A stretch of 63,818 nt of DNA, the filler included, from Lenisia limosa (Eukaryota > Protista > Breviatea), in NCBI GenBank assembly GCA_001655205.1. It is 10 parts of 10 records of this genome, joined end to end, with 100 filler letters (N's around TTAATTAATTAA, not from the genome) between each part and the next. Parts side by side here need not be neighbours in the genome. Positions count along the whole stretch, not along the records: positions 57,400 to 63,818 come from LPNZ01009688.1; 9 more parts are not named here. One strand, 5' to 3'. A program made the translations under genes and the position numbers. Under the pieces are notes generated by a model that saw only the letters and a list, made by a program, of their open reading frames with translations, ran no database searches and was not told the DNA's origin. The number at the start of each line of letters is the position of its first letter. Position 1 is the stretch's first letter. Below, in pieces: positions 60,828-63,818 of this stretch.

Positions 60828-61336
60828 GGATGTTATAAAAGGAAGACATTGGCGGCCCGCAAACTGCCCTGAAGCGCCGCTGAGCTGCTACGGGTTCCAA
60901 TATCCCCCATAATGGGAAAACTTGGACGCCAAGGCGCAAAGAGCGGGGAGGGAAGACCGGAACTTTGAGGGAGACTCTTTACAGAAGGACACTGCCAAGC
61001 AAGATTGGATGTAACTGATTATTTAGGCCTAAAAATTGCGTTTAGCTTCTGGAACTATGAGAACGTGAACGAAGGGCTTGGTCACCAAAATGAAGATACT
61101 ATATAATACGAAACCTGACTTTTTAGAAAGTAATTAGAAGTCTACACTTGTTTTCTTATCTTAGATCGATGAGTCTTTAAATCTCAACAAAAAAAATTGT
61201 GTAGTTAAATACTACGCGACCGGATTTCTATTTATTAAATTTGTTTCTCGAAAAAGGCTAAAAATACTCGTATTACTGCGTATACTAAATGTGTTATTAG
61301 ATATTTTTGAAGAGGATAGGGACTTACATCGATCCG

Positions 61337-63818
61337 ATGAATTTAGTTTTCACTGTTTTCGGGTTGGTGTTGCTATTGTCCGGTTTTGGTAGCAGTATCA
61401 GCTGTAAGTTTGGTAACAAGAAAGCTTTTGTCAACCCAGTCTTTTTTTGCATTACCAATTTATTAAAATAGATGTCGGGCGGTACACCTACACTTCCTCT
61501 CGTGGTGTTGGTTACAAAAATGGCAACTATGTGCCTCAGGTTTGCGGGCAGGCCATGACCATTCAAAAACCATTTGAGCCCACCTATCGGTCCCCATTTG
61601 ACGAACTTTAGCTTGTTCATGAGAGCGGAACAATGAAGCACCACCGCTGCTATCTTCGAGATGACTGGTTCGGCTGTTCCGGGGAGTTGGAGGGGTGGAT
61701 CAATGAAAATCAGAGGCCTTTACGAGAGGGTGTCTCTTCTCTTTCTTTTGTATTAATATTCACTGGCAAAGATGACTGGTTGTTCAACGTTTAAAACTGG
61801 GGTGAATTTAATGTTATTTGTATTGTTCTTCAACACCAAAGGGAAGCCCCCTTTCTCACGCATCTCGCTATTTCAGCCCAATTTTTGTTAAGCTTTTTTA
61901 TAACATTTTTTAAGTGTTTAGTTTTATCACTCATAACAATGTCTTTCTATCTTCATAGAAAATATACTATTGTGTGCGTCTTTTCTCAGCCTGACTTTCA
62001 GTTCCTCTACGGGGGTGTTCAGAATGTACCAAGAGACCGTGGCCAATACCGGTACCGTTTTCGGTAGGTGGTGGTGGTTCATTATGCTCTGCAAATAAGA
62101 CTGGACTCCTTAGCGGAAGCCTCCTGATTCTTTAGTACACCGGGATATGATTCCGGGATATGATTTAGTGTTTAGTACCCCGGGATCCATTGGAGATGAT
62201 GATGATAATGATGATGATGTTGTTATTGTTGTTGTTGTTGTTGATAGTGATAATGATGATGATGGAAGTGAAAGTGATGGTGACGATAATGGTCCCCCCC
62301 CCCCNNNNNNNNNNNNNNNNNNNNNNNNNNNNNNNNNNNNNNNNNNNNNNNNNNNNNNNNNNNNNNNNNNNNNNNNNNNNNNNNNNNNNNNNNNNNNNNN
62401 NNNNNNNNNNNNNNNNNNNNNNNNNNNNNNNNNNNNNNNNNNNNNNNNNNNNACCTGGCTTTTGGTACTTTTACTAAAATAGAGCTGATTTGTGGTTTGT
62501 GGGTTTTCAGATTCTTCACTGGCATTCACCCCTCCCAACAGGAGTTCACCACAAGACAGGGAAGGACTTTTCGTACACCTTTGCAACATCTCCGGTTGAT
62601 GATGTGAGGCTGGTTCTTGGTGTTAACAAACCGGAGCTAAGCGATTCATATGCATTAAGCTATACGCATGAAGAAGCGATATGCATTATACATTAAGTGA
62701 ATGCATAAACGATATGCATAATCGTAGTATACACGTTTCATCGAACTATGGCAGTACATGATCTAGGAATAACCCTCATAGTACATGACGTTTGCATCGG
62801 AATCGTCGTCATGCTACTACTATGTGTTCCCATGGTCGTATTACTACGAGGCTGGCTACGTACAAGTCAAGCCCACTGCAAAGAATAAAGTCGCGGTTTG
62901 CCTGTTGTCACATCATTGCTTGATCCACTGCTTATGATAACATTGTTCCTTTGAATGTCTTATGTAGTATTATATATTATTGAGTATTATTTGTAGTATG
63001 CTCACTTTGTTGAATGAAAGCTTATTTTGATTATGAAGAAGTACCCTTTACCGCACTGGATAAAGATAGCCTGAGCTTCTTCACACCTTTTCTTGACACT
63101 CGATAACATTTTAATTATTTTTACATCGATTCAGCATGAGATACAGTAGATTATTACCTTGTTCCCCTCTTTTACTCCCCCTCTTTAGGGCTATCGGTCC
63201 TTCTACGAATACGAGGGTCGTGCCAACAAGAGAGGAAAGTGCAAGAATTACTACTACTCGTTCTTCAGCAAACCGTACAATTCACTCTGTGGGGATGGTG
63301 AAAAATGCATAGAAATACGGTGTTGTTTCTATTCAGTATAATGACATGGAATGTAAGGAATTCATGGTTTTTAACCATTTTAGCGGGCAAGGAGGTCTGG
63401 AACGGAGGCAATAGCTGGCAGAAAACTGGTGAGAGGGATGGANNNNNNNNNNNNNNNNNNNNNNNNNNNNNNNNNNNNNNNNNNNNNNNNNNNNNNNNNN
63501 NNNNNNNNNNNNNNNNNNNNNNNNNNNNNNNNNNNNNNNNNNNNNNNNNNNNNNNTATTATATGCTGGAATGTAAAACGTTTCAGAACACTTACTCCTAA
63601 CCATATCCCTATCTTGAATAGTCCCATTTACCCAGAGCTTCTTATCAACAAAACAGTTTTCACTCCTCTCCCCCATCAGAAGTAATCGGTCGCTTTGTGA
63701 ATGTCACTCAAACCTGAGTATCATTCATGTACCTGTATATATTACCCTTTGCTCCTATACCCTCCCCAGCCTCATTCTCACCCCTGATGGGATGCGGTGC
63801 TGCAGATGCGACTGGCCC
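61337..63818 (+). CDS. Putative secreted protein, multi-exon, runs off the window
   Basis: MNLVFTVFGLVLLLSGFGSSIS followed by a GTAAGT donor (signal-peptide-like); later open AG/GT exons at ~62002-62050, 62511-62603 and 63383-63428. Family not recognised. Confidence 0.4.

Noticed and set aside
60850-61010. GC-rich intergenic patch considered as RNase P/MRP or another ncRNA
   Set aside because: No conserved-region motifs found; more likely the bidirectional promoter or 5' UTR between SPAG16 and the next gene.
348-63685. Many listed ORFs containing long X runs, and poly-C/G tracts abutting gaps
   Set aside because: These ORFs are open only because Ns lack stops; homopolymers at gap edges reflect sequencing drop-out.

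Overview
Draft-assembly window from an intron-rich eukaryote using the standard code with GT-AG introns. It has many N gaps, and nine scaffold joins carry an artificial TTAATTAATTAA linker. A PF20/SPAG16 gene suggests a flagellated protist; an amoebozoan or myxogastrid-like source is only a guess. Manually spliced genes: a xanthine dehydrogenase-family enzyme (-), an HRI/eIF2alpha-type kinase (-), GSK3 (+), an ankyrin-repeat fragment, the 5' end of an Mx/dynamin-like GTPase, a RING/membrane protein, PF20/SPAG16 (-), and several low-complexity or secreted proteins of unknown function. Repeats: a ~95-bp TA-flanked MITE family (about 15 copies), two intronic repeat families that lie almost always in the sense orientation of the host gene, larger non-autonomous TIR elements, a LINE RT fragment, a decayed protein-primed DNA polymerase B (Polinton/virus/linear-plasmid type) and a ~350-bp tandem repeat. 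Strongest leads: (1) a gene at 48.1-52.1 kb encoding at least 8 GW/WG Argonaute-hook-like motifs, mostly on separate mini-exons, followed by up to three LOTUS/OST-HTH-like segments, a candidate RNA-silencing scaffold; (2) sense-biased, acceptor-proximal intronic repeat families (Introner- or SINE-like); (3) recurrent short tandem duplications of splice junctions; (4) an apparently circularly permuted RING finger. All gene models and domain calls were made by eye, with no database searches.
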